Part shown: one piece after another, positions 18,390 through 28,587 of the stretch
How positions within the stretch are numbered: position 1 is the first letter of the stretch
Layout of the letters: the number at the start of each line of letters is the position of its first letter
Assembly: GCA_965207225.1 (NCBI GenBank)
Contig: CBDBLV010000005.1
Coordinates: 1,728,001-1,792,000 of the forward strand
Direction: 5' to 3'
From: Dehalococcoidia bacterium
Lineage (GTDB): Bacteria; Chloroflexota; Dehalococcoidia; Plut-88900
DNA: 64,000 bases
Notes under the pieces: model-generated
What the model saw: only the letters and a program-made list of their open reading frames with translations
Database searches by the model: none
What the model was told of the DNA's origin: nothing
Made by a program: the position numbers and the translations under genes

Positions 18390-19163
18390 TTATCGGCCTT
18401 TGAAGTCCGCGGGGCGCTTTTCGGCAAAGGCCCGAGGCCCTTCCTTTGCGTCCTCGGTAGTCATCAATATCTGTTGAATGGCCTCTTCCATCCGGAGCCC
18501 GTGGTCCAGCGGAAGGTACTGCGATCGAACGGCCAGCTCCTTGATGGCCCTCACCGCCAGCGGACCGTTCTTGCATACCACGTTGGCCATCCGCTCCGCC
18601 TCCTCCATGAGCTTGTCCAGCGGTACGACCTTGTTCACAAGGCCGTATTGGTGCGCCTCCTGGGCCGTCAGCCACTCCCCGGACAGGAGCAGCCACATGG
18701 CGACGGGATACGGGAGCTGCCTCAAGGTCCGCTGTGTGCCCCCGTTCCCCGGCAAAATCCCCCGCTTCACTTCGGAGAGTCCGAATTTGGCGTGCTCGGC
18801 GGTGATGCGGAGGTCGGTGGCCAGAAGAAGGGTCATGCCCCCGGCCAGGCAATAACCGTTGACCGCCGCGATAACCGGCTTCCAGACCTCCAGCCCCCGG
18901 TTAAGGATCTGCTCATCCTGAGTCTGCCAGAATTCCCACTTCTCAGGCACTCGGGGAATGGTCTTCTTCAGGTCGGCGCCCGCGGTAAACGCTCTCTCCC
19001 CGGCCCCCGTGATTATGGCGCACCAGACGTCAGGGTCGTCCCGCACGTCTATCCAAGCCTCGGAAAGAGACCGGTACATCTCCGGGTCCATGGCGTTCAT
19101 CGCCTCGGGCCGGTTGAGCGTGATGTAGGCGATTTTGCCTTTCTTTTCGTAGTCCAAGGCCAT
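18390..19163 (-). CDS. Enoyl-CoA hydratase/isomerase (crotonase) family
   Basis: Motifs TLNRPEAMNA, AFTAGADL, KPVIAAVNGYCLAGG, FGLSEVKRG, AFAEKR. Confidence 0.93.
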   Translation of the reverse strand: MALDYEKKGKIAYITLNRPEAMNAMDPEMYRSLSEAWIDVRDDPDVWCAIITGAGERAFTAGADLKKTIPRVPEKWEFWQTQDEQILNRGLEVWKPVIAAVNGYCLAGGMTLLLATDLRITAEHAKFGLSEVKRGILPGNGGTQRTLRQLPYPVAMWLLLSGEWLTAQEAHQYGLVNKVVPLDKLMEEAERMANVVCKNGPLAVRAIKELAVRSQYLPLDHGLRMEEAIQQILMTTEDAKEGPRAFAEKRPADFKGR

Positions 19164-19190
19164 GTCGAGGCTCCTTGCAGGTGGTTGGGG

Positions 19191-19601
19191 CTAGGGGGAG
19201 GGGCGGAACTTGGGTAGGGTGATCTCCTCGGTCACGTCGTCCCAGGTGACCTCAACTGAAAGGCCGGGCTGGATGTCGTCATTTTCAATTTCCACGATGT
19301 TCGATAGCAGCCGAGGCCCTTCCTCTAGTTCCACAATCGCCACGTTATACGGCAATTCATCCTCGAAGGCCCTGTTATAGCGCTGGTGAACGACAATCCA
19401 CGAGTACACGCTCCCCCTCCCCGACGCCTCCACCCAATCATGCTCCCCTGACAGGCATTCGGGGCAGGCGGGGCTCGCGTCCCTTTGGTGGCCGCACTTG
19501 GAGCAACGCTGGAGCAGGAGCTTATGCTGCCTGCACCCGTCCCAGAAGGGCTGGTTGTCCTCGGTGATTTCTGGTAGGGGCTTGGAGTAGTCGGTGGTCA
19601 T
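19191..19601 (-). CDS. DUF35 Zn-ribbon/OB-fold protein (thiolase partner)
   Basis: CSKC...CPEC zinc ribbon, GSVYSW, VELEEGPRL; follows a thiolase-like gene. Confidence 0.9.
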   Translation of the reverse strand: MTTDYSKPLPEITEDNQPFWDGCRQHKLLLQRCSKCGHQRDASPACPECLSGEHDWVEASGRGSVYSWIVVHQRYNRAFEDELPYNVAIVELEEGPRLLSNIVEIENDDIQPGLSVEVTWDDVTEEITLPKFRPSP

Positions 19602-19604
19602 CGG

Positions 19605-20735
19605 CTACCTCCGCAGAATCGCCGTGGCGTGGGTGTGCATGATCCCGCCCTGCCCGCTGACCAGGGCCGTCTCCGCACCCTGGACCTGCCTGTCTCCGCA
19701 CTCGCCGCGCAGCTGCCTCACCCCCTCGACCAGGAGCTGCATACCGGCCATTCCACTTTCGGAAAGGAGCCCGCCGCCCGTGTTCATCGGCAACGACCCG
19801 TCGGGGCCCGTGCGCCCGTCCGCCACGAACGCCCCGCCCTCGCCTTTGGCGCAGAACCCGTAGTCCTCCAGGGTGATGATGGGGACTATCGTGAAGCAGT
19901 CGTAGATCTCGCAGACGTCTATGTCCCCGGGCCCGACACCCGCCATGGCAAACGCCTTCTCGCCGGATATCTTTGCCCCACTGGTGGTGAGGGTGGGGCG
20001 GTGGGGGAGGTCCCAGGCGATGTGGTGCTGCCCGATGCCCATGACGTACACGGGAGGCTTCCTCAGGTGCTTGGCTCTGTCGGCAGAAGTGACCACCACC
20101 GCGGCGCCGCCGTCGGAGACGAGGCAGCAGTCAAGGAGATGCAGCGGCCAGGTGACATAACGCGACGCCTGGTGGTCTTCCAACGTGATCGGGTCCCGCT
20201 TGTGAGCGTTGGGGTTCTTGGATGCCCACGCCCGAGTCGAAACCGCCACTTCACCCAACTGCTCACTCGTCGTCCCGAACTCGGTCATGTGCCTCTGGGC
20301 GATCATCGAGTAACCTGCCGGCGCACCGATGAACCCGTACGCTGCGTCGGTCCCGACCGGCCTCCCATAGGTCCCCGGCTTCCCTGATAGCGGGTTGTCG
20401 CCATAGCAGCATACGGCGGTGGTTATCAGCCCCGCCTCGATGGCCATCATCGCGTACTGCACCAGTCCCAGGTTGGTCGCCCCCGCCTGGTCTATTGTCG
20501 CAGCGATGACCGGCTGGATCCCGAGCGCCTGGGAAACTTTGTGGGCCCACAGGCTCTTGAAACCGGTCGGGGGGTACTTGCACAGGACCGCGTCGACGTC
20601 ATCCTTTTCCAGACCCGCGTCCTCGATGGCAAGCCTTGCCGCCTCCACGGTGAACTGGAGGGGCGAGACCCCCGGCACACGGCCGAACTTAGTCGTAGCC
20701 GCTCCGACCATGCAGTACTTGTCCTTGAGTGACAT
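19605..20735 (-). CDS. SCP-x/Ltp2-type thiolase-superfamily protein
   Basis: Motifs NPNA, LHLLDCCLVSDGGAAVVV, EIYDCFT, PMNTGGGLLS, EGVRQLRGE. No N-terminal catalytic Cys evident (DQAGAT). Confidence 0.88.
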   Translation of the reverse strand: MSLKDKYCMVGAATTKFGRVPGVSPLQFTVEAARLAIEDAGLEKDDVDAVLCKYPPTGFKSLWAHKVSQALGIQPVIAATIDQAGATNLGLVQYAMMAIEAGLITTAVCCYGDNPLSGKPGTYGRPVGTDAAYGFIGAPAGYSMIAQRHMTEFGTTSEQLGEVAVSTRAWASKNPNAHKRDPITLEDHQASRYVTWPLHLLDCCLVSDGGAAVVVTSADRAKHLRKPPVYVMGIGQHHIAWDLPHRPTLTTSGAKISGEKAFAMAGVGPGDIDVCEIYDCFTIVPIITLEDYGFCAKGEGGAFVADGRTGPDGSLPMNTGGGLLSESGMAGMQLLVEGVRQLRGECGDRQVQGAETALVSGQGGIMHTHATAILRR

Positions 20736-20805
20736 TCGCTCTGACCTCCATTCCGGAGAGGTGTGCGTAGATGCGGCCTATTTTGCCATTATAGGGGCTT
20801 GCTGG

Positions 20806-22062
20806 CTATTTCCTGACCACCGGGACTAGGGGAGCTACACCCTCGTCGTGGAGAGTCTCTGCAGTCGATGAGGAATGCCCGAGAAGTTCGCCGATTGCCC
20901 AGTCGCTGTGTTCCGCAAACAGCGGCGCCCGACGTCCCAGCCACGTCAGCGGCCCCGACGACTTGAACGACACCCCTGGGTGCTTGAACTCTCCACCTTC
21001 TGGATGGTGTGTGTGGTCTACGAAGCCTCGTGCCAGGAATTGGGAATCGGCCAGTGCCTCGGGCGCCTTGAGCACGGCACCTACTCTCACCCCCGACGCC
21101 TGAAGATGGTGCATTGCTTCCTGTGGTGTGCATTGAAGTGTCCACTCCTGGATAAGGGAGTCGAGAATATCCCGGTTCTGGAGTCGGGCTGCTATCGAAT
21201 CAAACCTGGCATCCGACTTCCATTCGGCGTTGCCGGTTGCGTCAGCTAACCTTGCGAACTCCTCGTCCGATGTAACTGCGATAGCCACCCAGGCGTCCTC
21301 ACCGTTGCATCGGTATACGTTGTGGGGCGCCATCCCGTGATGTCGGTTCCCGACCCGCCCCGGCCCCCGACCCGTCAGCTGGTACTCCAGGAACTTCTCC
21401 CCGATGACCGCCATCGTTACGTCCCGCAGTACGATTTCGAGCCGTTTGCCTTGCCCCGTGCGCCGGCGCTTCCACATAGCTGACATGATCGCCGTAGCAA
21501 CGTGGAAAGCCGATGTCTGGTCGCTGTAGAAGTTACCAGGCTTGCTCGGGGGCCCATCCTCGTACCCCGTGACATGGCACATACCCCCCAGCCCCTCCGT
21601 TCCGGGCCCGAAGGATACGTAGTCGCTCCACGGCCCCGGACTCCCGAGGGCGGGCATGGCGACCATTATCAGGTCGGGGCGCAGGGTGCGCAGGTGCTCA
21701 TAGGTGAGCCCGAGGTTGGGCATGACCCGCGGGCTGTAGTTCTCTATCACTAAGTCACTGACCGAGACTAGCTCTTCGAATATAGCCTTGCCCCGGGGGT
21801 CGGCCAGGTCCAGGGCCAGGCTTTTCTTGGCCCGGTTCACCTCGTTGAAGCCCGCATTCTTGTTATAGGGCCGTTCCACCTTTTTGTCTGTCGTGAAGAT
21901 GGCCATGTTCCCGACGCTCCGACCCCACGGCAGCTCAATCTTGATCACCTCCGCCCCGAGATGCGACAGCATCCGAGTTGCCACCGGCCCCGCAATCACG
22001 TTGGTCAGGTCCAGCACCCGGACCCCGGTGAGCGGAAGTGGCTTCTTGGAGTTCGACGCCAC
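20806..22062 (-). CDS. Family III CoA-transferase (CaiB/BaiF)
   Basis: Motifs PLTGVRVLDLT..IAGP, LGAEVIKIE, NRAKKSLALDL, ENYSP, RAPLFAEH. Confidence 0.92.
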   Translation of the reverse strand: MASNSKKPLPLTGVRVLDLTNVIAGPVATRMLSHLGAEVIKIELPWGRSVGNMAIFTTDKKVERPYNKNAGFNEVNRAKKSLALDLADPRGKAIFEELVSVSDLVIENYSPRVMPNLGLTYEHLRTLRPDLIMVAMPALGSPGPWSDYVSFGPGTEGLGGMCHVTGYEDGPPSKPGNFYSDQTSAFHVATAIMSAMWKRRRTGQGKRLEIVLRDVTMAVIGEKFLEYQLTGRGPGRVGNRHHGMAPHNVYRCNGEDAWVAIAVTSDEEFARLADATGNAEWKSDARFDSIAARLQNRDILDSLIQEWTLQCTPQEAMHHLQASGVRVGAVLKAPEALADSQFLARGFVDHTHHPEGGEFKHPGVSFKSSGPLTWLGRRAPLFAEHSDWAIGELLGHSSSTAETLHDEGVAPLVPVVRK

Positions 22063-22064
22063 GG

Positions 22065-23291
22065 CTAAATGACCCCCTCTGCCCTTAGCCGTTCCATCTC
22101 TCCGTCGGACAGACCCATCGTGTCACGCAGCACTTCGTCTGTGTGTTCGCCGAGCAGCGGCGCCCGATTCGGCAGGTCCCCATCTCCCCATGGTGCGAGA
22201 GGCGTGCCCGGATACTTCAGCATCCCGGCCACAGGATGGTCGGCCTCCCGGAAGAATCCGCGGGCCTCGTTCTGGGGGTCCGACATCACCTCGGGGATGG
22301 ACTGTACCTTGGTGAAGGGTATCCGCAGCTCTTGGGAAAGCTCGAATACCTCCTCCCGCGTCAGGTCCTTCATCCAGTCAGTGACCTCTTGGTCTATCTC
22401 GTCCGCATGACCTGCCATAGCCGTCATCACTTCATTCTCAGCCAGCCGGCCATTGCCCGTGAGGGTCGCCAACCCGTCCGGGAACGATGGCGAATAATGC
22501 ACGTGCACCCAGCCGTCCTTGCACGGGAGAAGGGTGGAAGGATACGGCGCCCGACTGCTGGTGTGGATGAGCCGGGTTCCTTTGCGCCGCGGCAACACTC
22601 CTTCTCGCTCCAGTAACGAGTAGTAGGACACCCCTTCAAATGTGGAGGCGATAGCCTCCACAGTGGACACGTCGATGTACTGCCCTTCGCCCGTGAGGTC
22701 CCGGTAGTTCAGCGCCGCCACCACCGCCATCGCCGCCGATATGCCCCCGTGGTACTCCGACTGGTAACCACCGGCCTTCAGGGGCTCCCGGTCGGGGTCG
22801 CCGGTGATGTACATGTACCCGCTGAAGGCATACGCTACGATCTCCGACCCCTCGTACTGGCTGTAAGGCCCCTCTTGCCCGAAATACGAGATCGAGGCCA
22901 TGATCAGCGCCGTGTTGACCTTCGCCAGGCCCTCATAGTCCAACCCCACCCCCGACAGAAACCCTGGCTTGAATGACTCCACCACTGCGTCAGATTCACC
23001 GACAAGCCGCTCAATGATCTGTCGACCCTCGGGGCGCTCAATATCCAGCGCCACACTCTTCTTCCCCTGGTTCAGGTAAAGAAACGGCGCGGAGGTCTCA
23101 ATGTTTGACTTATCATTGAGAAACGGTCCAATGCTGCGTACGTCGTCCCCCGTGTCCCGGGGCTCGACCTTAATGACCTCGGCGCCCAGGTCTCGCAGCA
23201 TCTTGGTGCAGTAGCCTCCAGAGAGGCCGAGACTCAGGTCGAGAACCTTAACGCCTTCTAGGGGTCTTTCGATAGGCTCGGGGGCATTCAT
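22065..23291 (-). CDS. Family III CoA-transferase (CaiB/BaiF), probable partner subunit
   Basis: Motifs PLEGVKVLDL, DLGAEVIKVEP, YLNQGKKS, GEGQYIDVS, APLLGEH. Start approximate. Confidence 0.9.
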   Translation of the reverse strand: MNAPEPIERPLEGVKVLDLSLGLSGGYCTKMLRDLGAEVIKVEPRDTGDDVRSIGPFLNDKSNIETSAPFLYLNQGKKSVALDIERPEGRQIIERLVGESDAVVESFKPGFLSGVGLDYEGLAKVNTALIMASISYFGQEGPYSQYEGSEIVAYAFSGYMYITGDPDREPLKAGGYQSEYHGGISAAMAVVAALNYRDLTGEGQYIDVSTVEAIASTFEGVSYYSLLEREGVLPRRKGTRLIHTSSRAPYPSTLLPCKDGWVHVHYSPSFPDGLATLTGNGRLAENEVMTAMAGHADEIDQEVTDWMKDLTREEVFELSQELRIPFTKVQSIPEVMSDPQNEARGFFREADHPVAGMLKYPGTPLAPWGDGDLPNRAPLLGEHTDEVLRDTMGLSDGEMERLRAEGVI

Positions 23292-23408
23292 GGGCTGCGT
23301 GGGAGGATAGGCGATAGACAGGGGTTCTGCAACCGGCGCACGATTGAACAATATCCTCAACAGTATTACCCTTGCCCCGCGCCTTTAGGTCAGGAGGGAG
23401 GGACAGGT

Positions 23409-24800
23409 ATGGACAACGTGATTTACTCATCCGCAAAGAACCTGGCAGGACTTGTAAAGAATGGCCAGGTGTCGGCGGTGGAGCTTGTCGATGGATGCCT
23501 TGCCCGAATCGAGGAGGTGAATGGCAAGCTTAACGCGGTCGTTCAATTCTGCGCCGAGAGAGCAAGGAACGAGGCCCAAGCCGCCGACCAGGCACGCTCC
23601 CGCAGCGACTCCCTCGGCCCACTCCACGGCGTCCCCATGACTATCAAGGACTCCTTGGACACCGAGGGCGTGATAAGCACCGGCGGCACCCTGGGCAGGG
23701 CCAACTTCGTCCCCGATGAAGACGCCACGGTTGTGAAGAGGCTTCGGGAGGCAGGTGCCATCCTCCTCGGCAAGACCAACACCCCCGAACTCACCCTCCA
23801 CGGTGAGACCGACAACCTCGTCTACGGCCGCACCAACAACCCCTACGACCTCGAACGCAGCCCGAATGGCAGCAGCGGAGGAGCGGCGGCCATTGTGTCC
23901 TCCGGAGGCGTGCCCTTCGACCTCGGCAGCGACACCGGAGGCAGCATCCGGGCCCCGGCCCACGTCTGCGGAATAGCCGGTATCAAGCCCACCTCCGGCA
24001 GAGTCTCCAGGACCGGTCACATAGTCCCCTGGGGTATGGGCGCCCTGGATGCGCTGACGACGATCGGTCCCATGACCCGCTACGTCGAAGACCTTGACCT
24101 GGTCCTGCGAGTCATCGCCGGCCCCGACGGCCGGGACCCGGGCCTCGTACCCATGTCTCTGTTTGATCCCGCAGAGGTCCAGCTCAAGGGACTGCGGGCG
24201 GCGGTCCACTCCAACAACGGCAATATCGAGCCGACCGCCGAGACGACGGCCATGGTCCACGCCGTGGCCTCCGCACTGGAAGAGGCGGGCGTACAAGTCG
24301 AAGAGTCGGTGCCCGAGGTCCTTAAACAGGCCACCCGGCTCTACGAGAGCATCGAATACGCCGATGGCGGCGCCTGGATCCAGCGCATGCTTGATGCCGC
24401 GGGCACCAAAGAAGTCAGCGAGGAAATAGGGCGTCGACAGGGGACGGTCGAGCCCGTGTCCAGCGCGGAGTTGATGAAACTCCTGGAAGAGCTGGACGAC
24501 TACCGCTCCGACATGCTGGCCTACATCCAAGACTATGACATCATAGTATGCCCTGCTGCGGCCTTCCCCGCCCTGCCCCACGGGACATGGAAGCTGGGAG
24601 GCGTCTACCGGGAGTACAGCCATACGTCGGCGTACAACCTCACGGGCTGGCCGGGGGGCGTAGTCCGTGCCGGCACCTCCCCCGAGGGCCTGCCCATCGA
24701 CATCCAGATCGTCGCCAGGCCCTGGCGGGAAGATGTAGTCCTGGCAGTCCTCTCCTACATCGAGGAGCGCTTTGGCGGTTGGGTGATGCCAGAATTCTAG
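23409..24800 (+). CDS. Amidase-signature family amidase
   Basis: Motifs PLHGVPMTIKD, GKTNTPE, GSSGG, GSDTGGSIR (Ser-cisSer-Lys triad). Confidence 0.93.
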   Translation: MDNVIYSSAKNLAGLVKNGQVSAVELVDGCLARIEEVNGKLNAVVQFCAERARNEAQAADQARSRSDSLGPLHGVPMTIKDSLDTEGVISTGGTLGRANFVPDEDATVVKRLREAGAILLGKTNTPELTLHGETDNLVYGRTNNPYDLERSPNGSSGGAAAIVSSGGVPFDLGSDTGGSIRAPAHVCGIAGIKPTSGRVSRTGHIVPWGMGALDALTTIGPMTRYVEDLDLVLRVIAGPDGRDPGLVPMSLFDPAEVQLKGLRAAVHSNNGNIEPTAETTAMVHAVASALEEAGVQVEESVPEVLKQATRLYESIEYADGGAWIQRMLDAAGTKEVSEEIGRRQGTVEPVSSAELMKLLEELDDYRSDMLAYIQDYDIIVCPAAAFPALPHGTWKLGGVYREYSHTSAYNLTGWPGGVVRAGTSPEGLPIDIQIVARPWREDVVLAVLSYIEERFGGWVMPEF

Positions 24801-24833
24801 GGACCCGACTATACACACTGAGGAGCAACAGAC

Positions 24834-25997
24834 TTGGCATACGGCGATACATTCGGCGAGACCTTTCCGAGAGAGGAGTTCGAAGCTAGACTGGCCAAGG
24901 TACGGGCTGGGATGGCGGAGAAGGGCCTCGACGCCCTCCTCCAGTTCTCCCCCTCCAACCTCTTTTACCTGACTGGATATAACACCGCGGGTTTCAACAA
25001 CTGGCAGTGCCTAGTAGTCCCCATGAAAGGCAACCCGGTGCTTGTTCTGCGCCTGCTGGAACGACCCATTGCCCTCGCTACTTCCTGGACCGACTCCATA
25101 GAGACCTACCAGGACCACGAAGAACCCGAGGCCGCCGTCGCCCGCACCCTCAGCGACCTGGGCCTTTCCAACGCTAGCCTCGGCGCGGAGCAGACCAGCC
25201 CCTTCCTGACCGTCGGCTCCTACAACAATCTGAACGGTCTTGTCGGTGGTAGATTGGTGGATGGAACGGGCATCGTGGAGTCGGTGCGGCTGATCAAGTC
25301 GGACCTGGAGCTGGACTACTTCCGCAGGGCCGCCCGGAGCACCGAGGCAGGTATGCAGGCCGCCGTCGATGCCATTGCCGAAGGCAGGACGGAAAACGAC
25401 GTAGCTGCAGCCTCCTACGAGGCCATGACGGCCACCGGCGGCGAGTTCTTCTGCAACAGCCCAATCGTGACTACCGGGTACAAGTCGGGGCTGGCGCATA
25501 CCACCTACCATCGGCGCACACTGGAACGCGGCGACCCCGTGGCCATTGAGATTGGCGCAACGTTCAACCGCTACACCTCCCCCCTCTTCCGCACCGCCGC
25601 CGTCGGAGAGGCCAGCCCCGACCTCCGCCGCATGTACGAAGCCTGCACCGAGGCCCTTGAAGCCGCCATCGAAGTCATCAAGCCCGAGGCCCGATCTCGG
25701 GACGTTCAGGAGGCCTGCCAGGGAGTCATCGACACCCGCGGCTTCGAGCCCCACTTCAGGAAAAGGGTTGGCTACGGCCTCGGCGTTGGCTACCCACCCA
25801 CGTGGGGCGAAGGACACATCATCGACCTCAAGCACCACGACGAACGGGTGCTCAAACCCAATATGGTTTTCCATGTCGTGCCAGCGCTTAGAGAGAATGG
25901 CGAATACGGGGTAGGGATGAGCGAGACGGTAGCGGTCACGGACTCCGGACACGAGGTAATCACCAACTTTTCGAGAGGATTGTTCATAAGAGGGTAA
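24834..25997 (+). CDS. M24-fold hydrolase, ectoine hydrolase (DoeA/EutD)-like
   Basis: Motifs NLFYLTGY, RLIKS..E, EIGATFNRYTSPLFRT, RVGYGLGVGYPPTWGE, MVFH. TTG start after GAGGAG. Confidence 0.8.
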   Translation: MAYGDTFGETFPREEFEARLAKVRAGMAEKGLDALLQFSPSNLFYLTGYNTAGFNNWQCLVVPMKGNPVLVLRLLERPIALATSWTDSIETYQDHEEPEAAVARTLSDLGLSNASLGAEQTSPFLTVGSYNNLNGLVGGRLVDGTGIVESVRLIKSDLELDYFRRAARSTEAGMQAAVDAIAEGRTENDVAAASYEAMTATGGEFFCNSPIVTTGYKSGLAHTTYHRRTLERGDPVAIEIGATFNRYTSPLFRTAAVGEASPDLRRMYEACTEALEAAIEVIKPEARSRDVQEACQGVIDTRGFEPHFRKRVGYGLGVGYPPTWGEGHIIDLKHHDERVLKPNMVFHVVPALRENGEYGVGMSETVAVTDSGHEVITNFSRGLFIRG

Positions 25998-26039
25998 TCT
26001 GGAGTACGCTACATAACGGGAAAGGCAGGGGCAAGACTC

Positions 26040-27200
26040 ATGGGCTATGACATCATATCGGCAGACACACATCTCGACATAACATGGCTTCCAGGCGACA
26101 TGTTTGTCGAAGGGGCGCCTGCGGCCATGAAGGACCGCATGCCCCGCATCAAGGACACCGATAGCGGCCCCCGCTGGATGGTGCATGAGACTGATATCGC
26201 AGGGGTCGGGGGTGGGGGTCTGACCGGAAACTTCAGCAAGTACGTCCGGGGCCAGTCCAAGCTCCTGGACAAGATGGACGACGTCGGCTTCTTCTCCGGC
26301 ATCGACGAGGGTATCTACCACCCATCCGATATCGACCTCCGCATCAAAGACCAGGACATAGATGGCATAGACGCCGAGGTAATGTACGGCATTCTCGCCA
26401 TTGGTGGGGGCGCATTCTCAATTCCCGGATTCGAAGACCCGAGGGTCCTGGCCACGGTCTATGACGTCTACAACGCGTGGGTCGGCGATTTCGTAAAGGC
26501 CAACCCGCAGAGGCTAGCCGCCCTTGGCTGCCTCAGTGTCCACGACCCCCAGGACGCCGCCCGACAGCTGCGCCTCGCCGCCGACTCCGGCCTGCGCGGC
26601 GCCGAGATCAACGTGAAGAAGATGACCAAGCCCATGTATCACAGTGCCTGGGACCCGCTATGGGAGACCTCCCAGGAGCTCGGCATGCCTGTATCTTTCC
26701 ACACTTTGGGTCTCGAATTACGCGCACCCGACCCCGAGGACGAGGCCGAATTCGGCCCGATCTACCATGGCATGACCACCGTCACCTTCCAGCTTTCCGG
26801 CGCCGAGATAGTGTCGGGCGTGGTCCTCTCCGGCGCCTGCGAAAGGTACCCGGACTTCAAGTTTGTGCTTGGCGAGTGCGGCATCGGTTGGATTCCCTAC
26901 GTTGTCGAACGCCTCGACATGGAATATGAAGACAAGTTCTTCCGCCTGGGCCTCAACCTCAAGCCCAGCGAGTACTGGCGCAGACAGGGCTATTCCACCT
27001 TCCAGTACGAATACGTCTCCATGGACCAGGTCAACAGAATCGGCGTGGACAGCATCATGTGGGGTTCCGACTACCCCCACCCCGACGGTGTCTTCCCCGA
27101 GTCCCGCAAGGTCATCCAGGAGACCCTCGGCCACCTTGAGCCCGACGTCTACCGAAAGATAGTCTGCGAAAACGCCGCCAACCTCTACGGATTCAATTAG
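26040..27200 (+). CDS. Amidohydrolase_2 family protein
   Basis: Motifs ISADTH, DQDIDGIDAEVMY, PVSFH, GECGIGWIP, MWGSDYPHPD. Confidence 0.9.
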   Translation: MGYDIISADTHLDITWLPGDMFVEGAPAAMKDRMPRIKDTDSGPRWMVHETDIAGVGGGGLTGNFSKYVRGQSKLLDKMDDVGFFSGIDEGIYHPSDIDLRIKDQDIDGIDAEVMYGILAIGGGAFSIPGFEDPRVLATVYDVYNAWVGDFVKANPQRLAALGCLSVHDPQDAARQLRLAADSGLRGAEINVKKMTKPMYHSAWDPLWETSQELGMPVSFHTLGLELRAPDPEDEAEFGPIYHGMTTVTFQLSGAEIVSGVVLSGACERYPDFKFVLGECGIGWIPYVVERLDMEYEDKFFRLGLNLKPSEYWRRQGYSTFQYEYVSMDQVNRIGVDSIMWGSDYPHPDGVFPESRKVIQETLGHLEPDVYRKIVCENAANLYGFN

Positions 27201-27214
27201 GCTGATAAGGGAGC

Positions 27215-27258
27215 GAAAGAAGAAGGCCCCACCGGCAACGGCGGGGCCTTCTTCTTTC
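27215..27258. terminator. Bidirectional intrinsic terminator
   Basis: GAAAGAAGAAGGCCCC-accggcaacggc-GGGGCCTTCTTCTTTC between convergent genes. Confidence 0.85.
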
Positions 27259-27272
27259 CATGAGGGTAATGC

Positions 27273-28571
27273 TTAGGGCTCTCTGGAAGCCCCGTTGCTA
27301 TGCGAAGTGAACTCCGGGTCTGGCGGCTGCTTCTCGCACCCTACCGCCCCGCCCAACCTCCGGAAGTCCCGAGACCTTCTCGCCAGGTGGTTGCGGAACC
27401 TGATTACCCCTATGTCCAAACCCGACAGCTTCTGTGGCAGGTCCAGGTTCAGCCGCTCCTTCTTGAATACCACTAGGTCCTCTTTTTCGTTGATCGCAAT
27501 CACCGCCGCGGGCTTGCGCCAGAAGTAGTACCACACGTCCTGCCAGAACCGGCCCAGGAAGGTCTTGGGCGTCTTGCACAGCGTGAACGTCCACATCCGG
27601 GTGTTGTGCTCGTCCAAAGGCACGCCCCAGCGCAGGTGGACAAAAGTACCGACGCACACCCGCACCTTGCTCGGCAATTCGTAGTTGTGGTTGTAAGTCG
27701 CCCAGGCATCCTCGCCCTTGGCCGCAGGCATGGAACCCGACACCGGTGCCTCCGGCGACTTCAGCTTCCGCCACCACGTCCTTTTCGGCCACTTCCCCAG
27801 CCCCGGGTACTCCGCCTGCCCGAACACAACGTTCTTCTGGTGTAGTGTAATGAAGTCCTCCCCCTCCTCCACGACCTTTACGCCGCCCGTGTGGACGGGC
27901 TTGGGCCGCCAGAAGGGCAAACGCCAGTCGATCAACCGCCAGAAGTTCAAGTTCCGGTGCAGGTAGAATTCGTGGTAATCGATGCCCTGGTTGACGGGCT
28001 CCGTCCAATTGACCTCCCAGTCCTTGACCCGCGTGTAACGCCGGTCATTTAGCGTGGTGTCCCTGAATTCCCAGGGAAAGTCCTCTTCCAGGGGCACGGG
28101 CTCCGTCTGGCCCATCCAGATGAATACGATGCCCTTCCACTCGGCGGTCGCGTACTTGCGGGAGCGCATCTTGCCGATTAACGGCGACTTGGTGTTCTCG
28201 ATAAGCCCGGCCACGCACTTGCCCGTCTCATCGAACGTGTAGCCGTGGTAAGGGCAGGTGACCGTGCCCTCGAACTCGCAGAACCCACGAGACAGCCGGG
28301 CCCCGCGGTGGGGACACCACTCGTTCAGCGCCACGACGTTGCCGTCCTTGCCCCGGAACAGCACAAGCTCATCTCCGAGCATCTTCAGGTTGACCGGCTT
28401 ACGCCCGACCTTCTTCGACCAGATTCCCGGGTACCAGTACTCCCGGAACCCGACCCTCGGCACGTAGTCAAACGGCCCGACCTGCGCCGCCCCGAAGGCC
28501 TCGTCCCCTCTGTCCGGGCGTACCTCGGTAATGCCTACGGTCTCTTCAGTTCTTGGCGCAGTGCTTACCAT
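27273..28571 (-). CDS. Rieske aromatic ring-hydroxylating oxygenase alpha subunit (CarAa/OxoO-like)
   Basis: GFREYWYP, Rieske CPHRG...CPYHG, mononuclear-Fe segment NQGIDYHEFYLH. Confidence 0.85.
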   Translation of the reverse strand: MVSTAPRTEETVGITEVRPDRGDEAFGAAQVGPFDYVPRVGFREYWYPGIWSKKVGRKPVNLKMLGDELVLFRGKDGNVVALNEWCPHRGARLSRGFCEFEGTVTCPYHGYTFDETGKCVAGLIENTKSPLIGKMRSRKYATAEWKGIVFIWMGQTEPVPLEEDFPWEFRDTTLNDRRYTRVKDWEVNWTEPVNQGIDYHEFYLHRNLNFWRLIDWRLPFWRPKPVHTGGVKVVEEGEDFITLHQKNVVFGQAEYPGLGKWPKRTWWRKLKSPEAPVSGSMPAAKGEDAWATYNHNYELPSKVRVCVGTFVHLRWGVPLDEHNTRMWTFTLCKTPKTFLGRFWQDVWYYFWRKPAAVIAINEKEDLVVFKKERLNLDLPQKLSGLDIGVIRFRNHLARRSRDFRRLGGAVGCEKQPPDPEFTSHSNGASREP

Positions 28572-28587
28572 GCTTCCCTGCTTTCCT

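Noticed and set aside
16280-18852. Apparent long N-terminal extensions or fusions in the ORF track (also 5103, 9799, 48137, 54601)
   Set aside because: Extensions overlap neighbouring genes or repeats; internal starts give family-typical lengths.
23427-24818. Long antisense ORFs (also 1063-2400, 7148-8389, 25011-26321, 42093-43454, 58836-59861)
   Set aside because: They are shadows or off-frame overlaps of well-supported genes, expected with high-GC codon bias, and show no motifs.
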